DNA of 32,000 nucleotides from Kingella denitrificans ATCC 33394 (GCF_000190695.1 NZ_GL870929.1:1956784-1988783), one strand, 5' to 3'; positions 8,481 to 16,798 are shown, counted from the stretch's first letter. Notes: generated by a model from the sequence alone, not told the origin. Numbers and translations: made by a program.

Positions 8481-9319
8481 ATTACGCACAAGATGCCTTA
8501 TGGTGGAAACTGGAAAGCGCGTGGGTGCGCGATTTGGCCAGCCTTTTGACCGCGCCCGCGTTGTGGCGGACGGGGCAGGAATTGCCCGTGGCAGAGCTGT
8601 TGGGCGACCAAGGATTCCGCCTGCTGCTGGACTGGGACGGGCAGCCTGCACCCGAAGGCTTGGCGCATGAACGGCTGGGGCATTACGCCGAAAACCTGCT
8701 GGCATATTGGCTGCAACACGCGCCGCACAGCCGCCTGCTGGCGCGCGAATGGCGGGTGGACGGCGCATCGGGCGCACAGGACGGCGCGTTGGATTTTGTC
8801 GCGCAACTGAACGGCCATGTTTATCACATTGAATTAACGTGCAAATATTATGCCGGGCAGGGCAGCCCTGAAACCATGCGCGGTTTCCAGCCGAACGATG
8901 TTTTGGCGGACAAGGCGCGGAAATTGGCGCAGCAGTCGGCATTGTCGCAGCGCGCCGATGTGCAGGCTGCTTTGGCCGCGCAGGGCATCGACACGCAGGA
9001 ATTGCGGCGCGTCAGCATTGTGCGCGGTAATGCGTTCACGGACACGGGCACGCTGCCGACCGACAGCATTTACGCGCCGAACGCTTGGACGGGGCAATGG
9101 TTGTCGCAGCCCGAACAATGGTTGGCTTTTGCCGAACACAGCCGGTTTTGCCGTTTACCGCGCCAAGGGTATTTGTCGCCCGCGCGCGTGCCGGAGGCGT
9201 GCCTGCTGACACGGCAGGAGGTGATGGCGGCGGCGCAGAACGGGATTTATGCCTGCGTTTCGCCGCGCCAAGATGGTTTTTGGCATGAGGAATGGCGGGT
9301 GATGTATCGGGCGGATTGA
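8477..9319 (+). CDS. DUF1853-like protein with a PD-(D/E)xK nuclease-fold signature
   Basis: ORF 8117..9319 trimmed to the GTG at 8477, which overlaps the scpA TGA (GTGA). LGHYAENLLAYWL...GALDFV...YHIELTCKYY gives a D...E-x-K pattern. Confidence 0.6.
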   Translation: MNYAQDALWWKLESAWVRDLASLLTAPALWRTGQELPVAELLGDQGFRLLLDWDGQPAPEGLAHERLGHYAENLLAYWLQHAPHSRLLAREWRVDGASGAQDGALDFVAQLNGHVYHIELTCKYYAGQGSPETMRGFQPNDVLADKARKLAQQSALSQRADVQAALAAQGIDTQELRRVSIVRGNAFTDTGTLPTDSIYAPNAWTGQWLSQPEQWLAFAEHSRFCRLPRQGYLSPARVPEACLLTRQEVMAAAQNGIYACVSPRQDGFWHEEWRVMYRAD

Positions 9320-9375
9320 AGCCGGTCGGCGGGCATTGCGTTTATTGCTCTATTGCCATTTCCATTGACGATAAA

Positions 9376-9387
9376 AAGCAGCCTGCA
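9376..9387 (+). repeat. DUS 12-mer, left half of a terminator pair split by the prophage
   Basis: Exact AAGCAGCCTGCA. Its inverted partner is at 17819-17830, on the far side of the prophage. Confidence 0.8.
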
Positions 9388-9499
9388 CTTATATATTCGC
9401 CCCAAGTGGGGCAGAATCCTGACAAGTATCTTTGAGCCAGACTCATTATTCAGCTGTAAGGCTGGTTGAGCCCCATCTTTTTAAGTTGGGGCTTTTGTT

Positions 9500-10942
9500 A
9501 TGTCTAATCAAAACTATGAAATCGTCAAAAACGCAGAAGGCAGATACGACCTGTTTGTGAACGGCCAATTTGTCAAAAGCTATTCCCGCAAAGCAGATGC
9601 CCAACGCGGTTATTTGCGTATGGGCGGGTGCGCCGCTGCGCAGGCGGGAGCGGACGCGACAGAGTGCGCAGCGGCGCAACTGCCCCCCGCTAGTAACACG
9701 GGGGGACAAACTGGCGTAGGCACTGTATCCGAACGGACAACGCAAATCGTCGTCGTGAACGGCAAGGCAAAGGAAATCCCCTTACGTCAGGGCAGCAATA
9801 CCGCAGCCCATATCGACACACTCACATTTACATTCACAAAAGAAGTCTTAATCGACCACGAAACACCGCTGGACGATAAACATCCTGAAAACGTTCGCGA
9901 GTTGGCCGAAAAACTCTCATCTACCATGCACACCCTGTTCGGTTTCGGCATATCCGAACAAAAAAATGGCATCAACGGCTACAAATACAGCTTTGTCATG
10001 GGGTCTCACACGACCAAATACGGCGTTATCGCCTTTGGTGGCAGCAATCAAAAAGACAGCATCATGGTGCATTTGTACGGCGATGGATTAACGGCAGCGA
10101 TAGATGGCTGGGAAACGCGCCTATACAACTGGCTGGATGTATTCGCACCCTTCGCCAAAATCACACGTTGCGACCTTGCCCATGATTTTTTTGACGGCCA
10201 ATACACGCCCGATCAAGCCTATCAGTCATGGCAGCAGGGCGGATTTGACAACCGCGGCCAAAGACCACGCGCCCGATTGCACGGCTATGACTGGTTGGAT
10301 GACAAACGCACCGGCAAAACCTTTTACGTCGGCACGCCCAACAGTTCCCGCCTCGTCCGTGTGTACGACAAGGGTTGCGAACAGGGCGACAACACAAGCA
10401 GATGGGTGCGATTTGAGCTACAGCTTCGCAATCGCGATTACATCATACCCCACGACATCCTTATCAACGCGGGCGGTTATCTCACGGCAGCCTATCCGAT
10501 ATGCCAAGTCTTGTTTGAGCAATACCGGGACTGTCCCGCAAAGGCGGAGCGGGTAAAAAAGACCCAAGAGATTAACTTAGAACACGTTGTAAAGTACGCA
10601 AGCCAATCCTCCAGCCCCTGCATCAACCTTATGGAGTGGTTAGGCTTATCGGATAGCGAAATTGTCAAGTTGCTTAAAGGGGGCAAGGCAAAACAACCGA
10701 AGCGCCTGGGCGCGGATAAAGAAGATTGCAGGCAGTCGAATATGCGCTATCTGCATGAAATGAAAGAAATGGCACAGTGCTATGACTTTGAGGTCTATCG
10801 CTATATGCAGCAAATCGACCATAGGGAGCAGCAGGCGAAATTCAACGCGCGAATGAATAAACTCGAAGAGCAGGCAAAACTTTACCGCATGGAGCAGGCA
10901 TTTAACAACAGTTGGTATGCCGCCTATGCAGATGTTTTTTAA
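9500..10942 (+). CDS. rolling-circle replication initiation protein (Rep_trans / gene II / RstA-like)
   Basis: 480 aa. HIDTLTFTF...CDLAHDFFDG...VRVYDKG...VRFELQLR is a pattern typical of filamentous-phage initiators. Confidence 0.85.
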   Translation: MSNQNYEIVKNAEGRYDLFVNGQFVKSYSRKADAQRGYLRMGGCAAAQAGADATECAAAQLPPASNTGGQTGVGTVSERTTQIVVVNGKAKEIPLRQGSNTAAHIDTLTFTFTKEVLIDHETPLDDKHPENVRELAEKLSSTMHTLFGFGISEQKNGINGYKYSFVMGSHTTKYGVIAFGGSNQKDSIMVHLYGDGLTAAIDGWETRLYNWLDVFAPFAKITRCDLAHDFFDGQYTPDQAYQSWQQGGFDNRGQRPRARLHGYDWLDDKRTGKTFYVGTPNSSRLVRVYDKGCEQGDNTSRWVRFELQLRNRDYIIPHDILINAGGYLTAAYPICQVLFEQYRDCPAKAERVKKTQEINLEHVVKYASQSSSPCINLMEWLGLSDSEIVKLLKGGKAKQPKRLGADKEDCRQSNMRYLHEMKEMAQCYDFEVYRYMQQIDHREQQAKFNARMNKLEEQAKLYRMEQAFNNSWYAAYADVF

Positions 10943-10972
10943 CCCACCAACCAACCTATAAGGAAATGAAGC

Positions 10973-11287
10973 ATGAAGACTCAACTGCGAAAAGTCAAAT
11001 GGAACAAGGGCCAAACCGAGAACGGCCAAACCTATGACTATACACGTATCTATGTCGAAGCGAAGGTATATGACAAATCAGCAAATGAATTTGGTGTTGA
11101 TGTTGTTGAATTGGAGTTCGGCTCCGAAGCCGACCATACGAAATTAGACCACCTGCGCGGCAAGCTGCCCGTAGATGTCAATGTCGAATGGGAAACCCAA
11201 ATTAAAGGCAAGAATGAAGTCAAAGTCGTTACCCGGCTGGATTTCTTGAAATCCGATTTGGTTAAGGCTGAAGCGGCCAAAGCATAG
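10973..11287 (+). CDS. putative phage ssDNA-binding protein (gene V position); function inferred from position and size only
   Basis: 104 aa, immediately after rep, with an SD-like AAGGAAATGAAGC upstream of the ATG. No motif recognised. Confidence 0.5.
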   Translation: MKTQLRKVKWNKGQTENGQTYDYTRIYVEAKVYDKSANEFGVDVVELEFGSEADHTKLDHLRGKLPVDVNVEWETQIKGKNEVKVVTRLDFLKSDLVKAEAAKA

Positions 11288-11361
11288 AATTTGCCGTTTG
11301 GGCGTGGCGGTAAATGCCCCTTGAACACACGCCCCTTTTTTAACATTTTTGGAGATAAATC

Positions 11362-11583
11362 ATGAAAATCATGAGCAAAATCAATGCTGCAAAAGCAGCT
11401 TTCGCAACCGGCCTGATGACTGTTGCAACATCATCTTTCGCAGGCGATGTCGCCACTGCGGTAACTACTGCAACAGGCGATTTCAAATCTGACCTGACAG
11501 CAGTCGGCGGTATCGCCGTAGGTTTGGGCTTGGTAGGCATTGCCTTTATTGCCGCCGTACGCCTGATCAAACGCGCTGTTTAA
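11362..11583 (+). CDS. inovirus major coat protein (pVIII-like)
   Basis: 73 aa. It has a signal peptide (..SSFA-GD), an acidic mature N-terminus, a hydrophobic core GGIAVGLGLVGIAFIAAV, and a basic tail RLIKRAV. Confidence 0.85.
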   Translation: MKIMSKINAAKAAFATGLMTVATSSFAGDVATAVTTATGDFKSDLTAVGGIAVGLGLVGIAFIAAVRLIKRAV

Positions 11584-11600
11584 TTTTAGGAGGCACTGCC

Positions 11601-11915
11601 ATGCAGCAAGGATACCGCGTAGGAGGTCAATGCTTCGCCACTTCGGAGGAAGCGTCCGATTACAAGTTGAGCATGGTAGTGCCGACTATTACCGCGGACG
11701 GCAGCCTTAAAACCGTCGTTTATCAAAATAAGAGCTGGTATTACGGCAGCCAAAAAATTCAGCTCACCTTTCCCGAATGCGATCAAAACCAGCCTTTTGA
11801 AGAAGGCGTCCAATTTGGTGCCGTTATATTGACCCTGTTCGTCATTGCCTACGCATTCAGGCAAGTTAAAAAAATCTTTTGGCACAGCATCGTTGAAGAA
11901 GGCCGTCGTGACTAA
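11601..11915 (+). CDS. phage small membrane / minor coat protein
   Basis: 104 aa with a C-terminal TM segment FGAVILTLFVIAYAF. An SD AGGAGG lies upstream at 11588-11593. Confidence 0.6.
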   Translation: MQQGYRVGGQCFATSEEASDYKLSMVVPTITADGSLKTVVYQNKSWYYGSQKIQLTFPECDQNQPFEEGVQFGAVILTLFVIAYAFRQVKKIFWHSIVEEGRRD

Positions 11916-12039
11916 TAGCAAATACCTTTGGTTTGACGTACAGCAATTTGTACATCCTGCCGCATCAACAAGCGATATAGCATCCGACCTATTAATCTGC
12001 CTATTGCTGGCAGCCGTTATTTTTATCATCAAAAGGTAA
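11908..12039 (+). CDS. possible 43-aa hydrophobic phage protein (pVII/pIX-size)
   Basis: A GTG at 11908 overlaps the preceding stop. The product is (M)TNSKYLWFDV...LLICLLLAAVIFIIKR, with a C-terminal TM segment. It lies below the ORF-track size cut-off when taken from this start. Confidence 0.35.
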   Translation: MTNSKYLWFDVQQFVHPAASTSDIASDLLICLLLAAVIFIIKR

Positions 12040-12042
12040 TTT

Positions 12043-12819
12043 ATGCCGAATAACAATACAGGACAACCGCAGAGCGGAATGCAGTATTTTACCGGGGGCG
12101 GAGTAAAGCAATACGTACAGCACGAAGCAGACGGCATGAAGTCCGATTTGACCCAAATCGGTGCAAGCATTATGCAATGGGCTTTGATTCCCATCCTTTT
12201 TATCGCTGCAATTTATCTGATCAAAGAAATCTTTGCACCGAGCAAAAAGAAAAAACAGCAGAATACCCCTGCACGTGAAAACAATACCCAACTTTTTGCC
12301 GATCCCGTCGCCGAAGAACCCGAATTGGAAGACGAAAACCAGTTTTACTACGATGCCGATATAGGCGCATACGTCAATCAGGAAGGCATTATCGTCGATG
12401 AAACGGGCGAGCCCGTGAATATGGGCGACGAAGAATTTTACGAATACCTGCGGCAAAGCTTCCCCGAAGATGCCGAAAGACTCATCGCCGAATACAAAGA
12501 AAATTTCGGAGTAGAAGATGAAGGCGAAGACGATCCCAATAAACCGCGCGAAGGCGAAGATATGATGGATTGGGCAAAACGCACCATGAGCGAAGAAGAA
12601 TACCGCGAATTTGTCGCCGAAAACGTCACTGATCCCGAAGAAGCCGCCGAATATATCGAACGTTATGAAAGGGATTTGGAATATTTGGCAGAAGATATGC
12701 ACGAATCTATTGATGAAGAAATCCTGCATGATTTGGAGCAGAGAGACCCCGAAGCAGCGCGTGAATATTATCAATATTCGGTGGAAGAATCCGAAAGAAG
12801 GAATGGATTTAGAGAATGA
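12043..12819 (+). CDS. membrane-anchored hyper-acidic phage protein, unknown function
   Basis: 258 aa. One TM segment (IMQWALIPILFIAAIYLI) and a KKKK stop-transfer are followed by a tail of about 175 aa, roughly one third Asp/Glu by eye. Confidence 0.7.
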   Translation: MPNNNTGQPQSGMQYFTGGGVKQYVQHEADGMKSDLTQIGASIMQWALIPILFIAAIYLIKEIFAPSKKKKQQNTPARENNTQLFADPVAEEPELEDENQFYYDADIGAYVNQEGIIVDETGEPVNMGDEEFYEYLRQSFPEDAERLIAEYKENFGVEDEGEDDPNKPREGEDMMDWAKRTMSEEEYREFVAENVTDPEEAAEYIERYERDLEYLAEDMHESIDEEILHDLEQRDPEAAREYYQYSVEESERRNGFRE

Positions 12820-12884
12820 GCGATATTGGTTTGTTTGTGATGGGCGTGCTGTGCATTGTTCCGTTCTGGTCGATGTTCTGGTAG
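12816..12884 (+). CDS. possible 22-aa hydrophobic peptide, ATGA-coupled to the acidic protein gene
   Basis: The ATG at 12816 overlaps the TGA at 12817-12819. The product is MSDIGLFVMGVLCIVPFWSMFW, with a stop at 12882-12884. Confidence 0.3.
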   Translation: MSDIGLFVMGVLCIVPFWSMFW

Positions 12885-12894
12885 GCGGAAAAAA

Positions 12895-12914
12895 AAGCAG
12901 CCTGCAGGCTGCTT
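12895..12914. terminator. overlapping palindromic DUS pair (bidirectional terminator); the only exact DUS locus inside the prophage
   Basis: AAAAAAAAGCAGCCTGCAGGCTGCTTTTG. The forward copy is at 12895-12906 and the reverse copy at 12903-12914. It sits between convergent genes. Confidence 0.7.
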
Positions 12915-12918
12915 TTGT

Positions 12919-13194
12919 TTAGCGGACTTCGATATCGTCATACATTTGAATTACCAGTTTAACCGCATTGACAAAGGCATGGTCGAACAAATGCGGATTA
13001 TCAAGTATGGGCTGTAACTGTTTCCTCCGTGCCATGATACCGCAATAAATCGGCTTGTCTGTCTTCATTTGTTCGGGTGTCATTTGGGAAGCATTAATGG
13101 TTGTTGAACAACCAATATAAGCAAGGGTGTATCTGAATTCTGTTTCCCAACATCCATATTGGGGCGTAAAACTGAAGAAGTCGTTGCTTTCCAT
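12919..13194 (-). CDS. opposite-strand 91-aa cargo gene (moron) inside the structural module, unknown function
   Basis: This is the only minus-strand ORF in the prophage (MESNDFFSFTPQYGCWETEFRY...). It ends at the DUS palindrome, and its ATG at 13194 is 42 nt from the pIII-like gene's ATG. Confidence 0.55.
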   Translation of the reverse strand: MESNDFFSFTPQYGCWETEFRYTLAYIGCSTTINASQMTPEQMKTDKPIYCGIMARRKQLQPILDNPHLFDHAFVNAVKLVIQMYDDIEVR

Positions 13195-13236
13195 TTTTGA
13201 GCTTTCGGGGTGGGTTATTGAAAGTTGGAATATACC

Positions 13237-14880
13237 ATGAAAAAACTAATTTTTTTAATTGCTTTTGCGGTTTTTGCGCCTGTATTTGCCGATGTACCTT
13301 ATATTCCGCCCCAGTCTAATCAGGCGATTATTTCACAAGCTCCCAATGGTTCATCTGTTGCTTATGGAACAGATCATAAATTTTATTCGTATGATAAAAA
13401 TGGCAATAGAGTTTTAGATGTTGGGAAAGCTACTGAATATTCAAGAAATTTGCCAAGCAACCAGTTTCAATCTTCCCAAAAATCAGCCGGCACTGTAACC
13501 GCCAACAAATCCCACCCCACCACCTTTACCGACAGCTACGGCAACAAAGCCAGCGGCACCGTCCGCACCCAAACCCGAATCCCCAATAACACCGTTGCTA
13601 AAGGCTTCGGCGCGATTATGGTCGGCACAACGGCCACAACCCATTTGGATAACCTTAAAAGGCAAGGCGTGGCTGATCAGATTTCGCGTGGATTTAGTGA
13701 CGGTAATTGGACAGAGGTTGCCGCAGGTGTAGGAAAAATATTTGACTGGACAGGTTTCGGCTCTTCCGTTGCCGATGCCATCTACGGCGACAGCACCGCG
13801 GCGGAAGCGGTAACAGCACCAGTAAGGGAACAGGCATTGAATCAAGCCCGTGCCGATTTTGATAGATTCCAGAGGCAAAAACAGCAAATCAATCCCAATG
13901 AAACCTATACCCATATTGTAGTTAGTGAGTGGGATGGTACAAGCGCAGCGGGGTCATCAGGTGCAACAGTAACCGAATATTTGGCAAAGGGTGCTGCCCC
14001 TTGGCGTGCAGGGCAGTCAAAAACAAAAGACTGGCCGTCTCCTATCACAATTAACGGTACTACGATTACCAATAAGCTGCCTGCCGATGATAACCATTGG
14101 ATGTCCATTACCAATAACACGGTATCCGGCAAAGATGCCGTTGCAATACAAGCAAAAATAGAAGCCGATTTAAAAAACTACCTGCCCAATGAAGCCGCAT
14201 GGGAAAAGGCGATGGAGCAGTTCTTAAATCAAAGCAATGCCAATAATGCCGCGATTACCGACTTGATTAACGCCTTGTGGGAAACAGGCGCAATCAATCC
14301 GCAGAATACGCAAACCACGGTTGCAGGCAGCGCATCTGACAATACTTTTGTTACCGAGCCCTATACCCCTGCGGGTAGTGATCAGGCACAGCAAACACAG
14401 TTTCGGGTCAATCCGGACGGATCTGTAACCGTGAGCACCATACCGCGACCCGATTTGCCCGCCAATTCTAGCGTTGCCCCGACAAGGTCGGAAATCGGTA
14501 AACCGCCAAGCAGCAATGCTCAAAATCAGAATCAGGGACAAAATCAAGATCAACAGAATCAAAATCAGTCGGGCAGTAACAAGGATAACAATATTTGTAA
14601 ATCAAATCCGAAGGCATTGATGTGTATGGAGTTGGGCAATACCGATTATCAGGATTTAAAGTTGCCCGAACAAAAAGTGAACCTCTCTTTTAATCCGCTT
14701 AATATTTTTTCGTCCTCCGGTCAATGCCCGCCGGATACCGTGTTTTCGATTGGCCATACAACGCAGACGTTGAGTTATCGGCAGATATGCGATGCAGCGG
14801 TCAAAATGCGCCCTTGGGTCATACTGTTTTCGATGATCGTCGCATTTACCATATTTCGGTTGACGATTTCGCGCAATTAG
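13237..14880 (+). CDS. pIII-like minor coat / adsorption protein (TspB position in Nf phages)
   Basis: Trimmed to the ATG at 13237. Signal peptide MKKLIFLIAFAVFAPVFA, a Q/N-rich linker SSNAQNQNQGQNQDQQNQNQSGSN, and a C-terminal anchor PWVILFSMIVAFTIF plus RLTISRN. Confidence 0.75.
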   Translation: MKKLIFLIAFAVFAPVFADVPYIPPQSNQAIISQAPNGSSVAYGTDHKFYSYDKNGNRVLDVGKATEYSRNLPSNQFQSSQKSAGTVTANKSHPTTFTDSYGNKASGTVRTQTRIPNNTVAKGFGAIMVGTTATTHLDNLKRQGVADQISRGFSDGNWTEVAAGVGKIFDWTGFGSSVADAIYGDSTAAEAVTAPVREQALNQARADFDRFQRQKQQINPNETYTHIVVSEWDGTSAAGSSGATVTEYLAKGAAPWRAGQSKTKDWPSPITINGTTITNKLPADDNHWMSITNNTVSGKDAVAIQAKIEADLKNYLPNEAAWEKAMEQFLNQSNANNAAITDLINALWETGAINPQNTQTTVAGSASDNTFVTEPYTPAGSDQAQQTQFRVNPDGSVTVSTIPRPDLPANSSVAPTRSEIGKPPSSNAQNQNQGQNQDQQNQNQSGSNKDNNICKSNPKALMCMELGNTDYQDLKLPEQKVNLSFNPLNIFSSSGQCPPDTVFSIGHTTQTLSYRQICDAAVKMRPWVILFSMIVAFTIFRLTISRN

Positions 14881-14890
14881 GGGGGTAGGG

Positions 14891-15178
14891 ATGAAAGCAA
14901 CATTGGGCATGCTGCTCACTTCGGTTTTTACAACGTTGGTCGGCAAAATATTTGCAGCACTCGGTTTGTCGGTCATTACCTATATGGGGGCAACGGCCAT
15001 ACAGCAGCAGCTTATATCGGGGCTGCAAAATCAAATGAACGGTATCGGTGGGGCAAGTGCGCAGATATTTTATATGGCCGGTGGCGGTATTGCCCTTAAC
15101 TGGTTTTTGGGCGCGGCCAGCTTCGCTTTGACGTTTAAAGCGGTTTCCAAGTTGGGGACGGTTTTTGCAAGCAAATAG
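14891..15178 (+). CDS. pVI-like small membrane protein (DUF2523-like)
   Basis: 95 aa, with two or three hydrophobic segments, located between the pIII-like and Zot-like genes as in inoviruses. Confidence 0.65.
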   Translation: MKATLGMLLTSVFTTLVGKIFAALGLSVITYMGATAIQQQLISGLQNQMNGIGGASAQIFYMAGGGIALNWFLGAASFALTFKAVSKLGTVFASK

Positions 15179-15211
15179 TATTCAGATAATTTTTGATTCA
15201 AGGGGTAAAAA

Positions 15212-16348
15212 ATGATTTCTTTGATTACCGGATTGCCGGGCAGCGGCAAAACCAGCCTGATGGTTTATATGTTGATGACACGCAAGGATTTGCAGAATCG
15301 GCCGTTGTATGTGGACGGAATACCCGATTTGAAAATCCCCCATCAGGAAATACCGGAAGGCTGCGATATGACGACGTGGTACGAATGGGCACCAACCGGC
15401 GCAATACTTGTGATCGACGAAGCACAACGCATATTCAGGCCTCGCCCCGCCGGTGCGAAAGTGCCCCAATATGTGCAAGAGTTAGAGACACACCGCCATA
15501 AAGGTATTGATATATTTATCCTTACCCAACACCCGCGCCTGATTGATGTCAATCTGCGCGCCCTTATCGGCGAGCATCGCAATATCAGTAAGACAATGCT
15601 CGGCTTTAAGCGCGTATCCTACTGGCAACGTTGCGCCAATCCCGAAGCACGATCTGATGTGGCCGAAGCTAAAAACAGCATCTTTTTTACCAAAAAGGCC
15701 GCTTTCGGGATGTACAAGTCGGCCGAAGAACACACCAAGCTGTCGGGCAATATAAGCCTTTGGGTATATACCCTGCCGCTTATTATTATGATTACCGGCT
15801 ATTTGATGTTTTACGTTAATCAGCGGTATGAACAAAAGTTACATCCCGAAGCGACGGCTGAAAACACCGCTCCGCCGTCGGATCATGCGCCAACCGTACA
15901 AGATACGCCGCAAGGTCAATACACCATGGCGCAGCCGTCATCGGCATCAGCAGTATCAGAACCTGCACAGCCATCAAGGACGCCGATAACGGAAGATGAT
16001 TTTAAGCCCGATATTGATGGCCGTCCGTGGACGGCACCCGTCTATGACTCGTTTAACCGCAATTATCAGGCTATGCCCTATCCGGTGGCCTGCGTTAAAT
16101 CGTCCAACAGTTGCACATGCTATACCGATCAGGCGACGCCGATACGCGGCATGGATAAAAAAACTTGTATCGACTTTGCCGAAAACGGCATTTACAACCC
16201 TTATTTGCAGACTGAGCTACCGGACAACGAAACCGTGCAGGCACAGCCCGAATCCGCCAAACCGATACCGCAGGTGTCTCAGATGGGCGGTAAGCCTTTG
16301 CCCAGCTTGAGCAATGGCGATTCAAAAGATGTGGCGAATATTCAATAG
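15212..16348 (+). CDS. Zot-like phage assembly ATPase (pI family)
   Basis: 378 aa. MISLITGLPGSGKTS is a Walker A motif, VIDEAQ is a Walker B motif, and there is a central TM segment LWVYTLPLIIMITGYLMF. Confidence 0.88.
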   Translation: MISLITGLPGSGKTSLMVYMLMTRKDLQNRPLYVDGIPDLKIPHQEIPEGCDMTTWYEWAPTGAILVIDEAQRIFRPRPAGAKVPQYVQELETHRHKGIDIFILTQHPRLIDVNLRALIGEHRNISKTMLGFKRVSYWQRCANPEARSDVAEAKNSIFFTKKAAFGMYKSAEEHTKLSGNISLWVYTLPLIIMITGYLMFYVNQRYEQKLHPEATAENTAPPSDHAPTVQDTPQGQYTMAQPSSASAVSEPAQPSRTPITEDDFKPDIDGRPWTAPVYDSFNRNYQAMPYPVACVKSSNSCTCYTDQATPIRGMDKKTCIDFAENGIYNPYLQTELPDNETVQAQPESAKPIPQVSQMGGKPLPSLSNGDSKDVANIQ

Positions 16349-16354
16349 AAGGAG

Positions 16355-16561
16355 ATGACAATGTATTCTTTGAATTTTGAAAATGACAAATACAAAGGGC
16401 TTTATGTCGAGATGATTTTAGCTGGCGCGGATGTTATGGTGTACTTGTGCGAAAAATCGGAAGAAAAAGCAGAAACGATATGCAAAGTAGAGTTATTTAC
16501 GGTCTCTTCGGCATTGGAGTTTGCGAATCGGTTGGCAATTCCGATTGTAGTGGGGGAATAA
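16355..16561 (+). CDS. hypothetical phage protein (68 aa)
   Basis: The ORF follows zot closely, with GGAG before the ATG. No motif recognised. Confidence 0.45.
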   Translation: MTMYSLNFENDKYKGLYVEMILAGADVMVYLCEKSEEKAETICKVELFTVSSALEFANRLAIPIVVGE

Positions 16562-16798
16562 CCCCATATCCTGCTGCCTGTTTTTTGTTGTATGCTTGCA
16601 TGCAACGGAAAACAGGTAGCTCCCGCCGGGGGGCAAGCCTTTTGGCCACATCCCACTTATGCTAAAATATACCCGCCCTACGACACCCGCATTACCTGCA
16701 TTGGCCGTAAGCCATGTCCAAAGATTGGTGCGTACGGTTTTTTTTTGCCTAAACATAACAGTATCATGGCCACTAGCCCTAATCGTAAGGTTTGTACC
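16562..16798 (+). ncRNA. largest phage non-coding region: structured leader of the IS110-type recombinase (candidate guide/bridge-like RNA, or packaging signal/ori)
   Basis: Contents: an 11-bp-stem hairpin at 16574-16619; an extended -10-like TGCTAAAAT at 16660-16668; and a hairpin with a T9 tail at 16705-16746 whose 11-nt loop holds TCCAAAGAT, the reverse complement of the att junction 17802-17810. ACAGTATC at 16758-16765 is identical to 17797-17804. Confidence 0.35.

Noticed and set aside
7968-8942. 324-aa minus-strand ORF, plus the 8117..8476 extension of the DUF1853-like ORF
   Set aside because: They overlap scpA and the DUF1853-like gene in antisense or alternate frames, with Arg/Pro/Ala-rich composition. 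The GTGA junction at 8477 gives a cleaner gene model.
14515-14580. AATCAR-type hexanucleotide run in the pIII-like gene (QNQNQGQNQDQQNQNQ) as a phase-variation repeat
   Set aside because: The repeat units are imperfect and in-frame. It reads better as a flexible Q/N linker between pIII-like domains.
16738-16746. T9 homopolymer as a phase-variable slippage tract
   Set aside because: It directly follows a stable hairpin and is not inside a coding frame or at promoter-spacer position. A terminator tail is the simpler reading.
16592-16798. N-terminal 69 codons of ORF 16592..17269
   Set aside because: IS110-type recombinases start at the M..IY.GLDISK motif (ATG at 16799, or at most 16766). The upstream part crosses a hairpin plus T9 terminator and looks non-coding.
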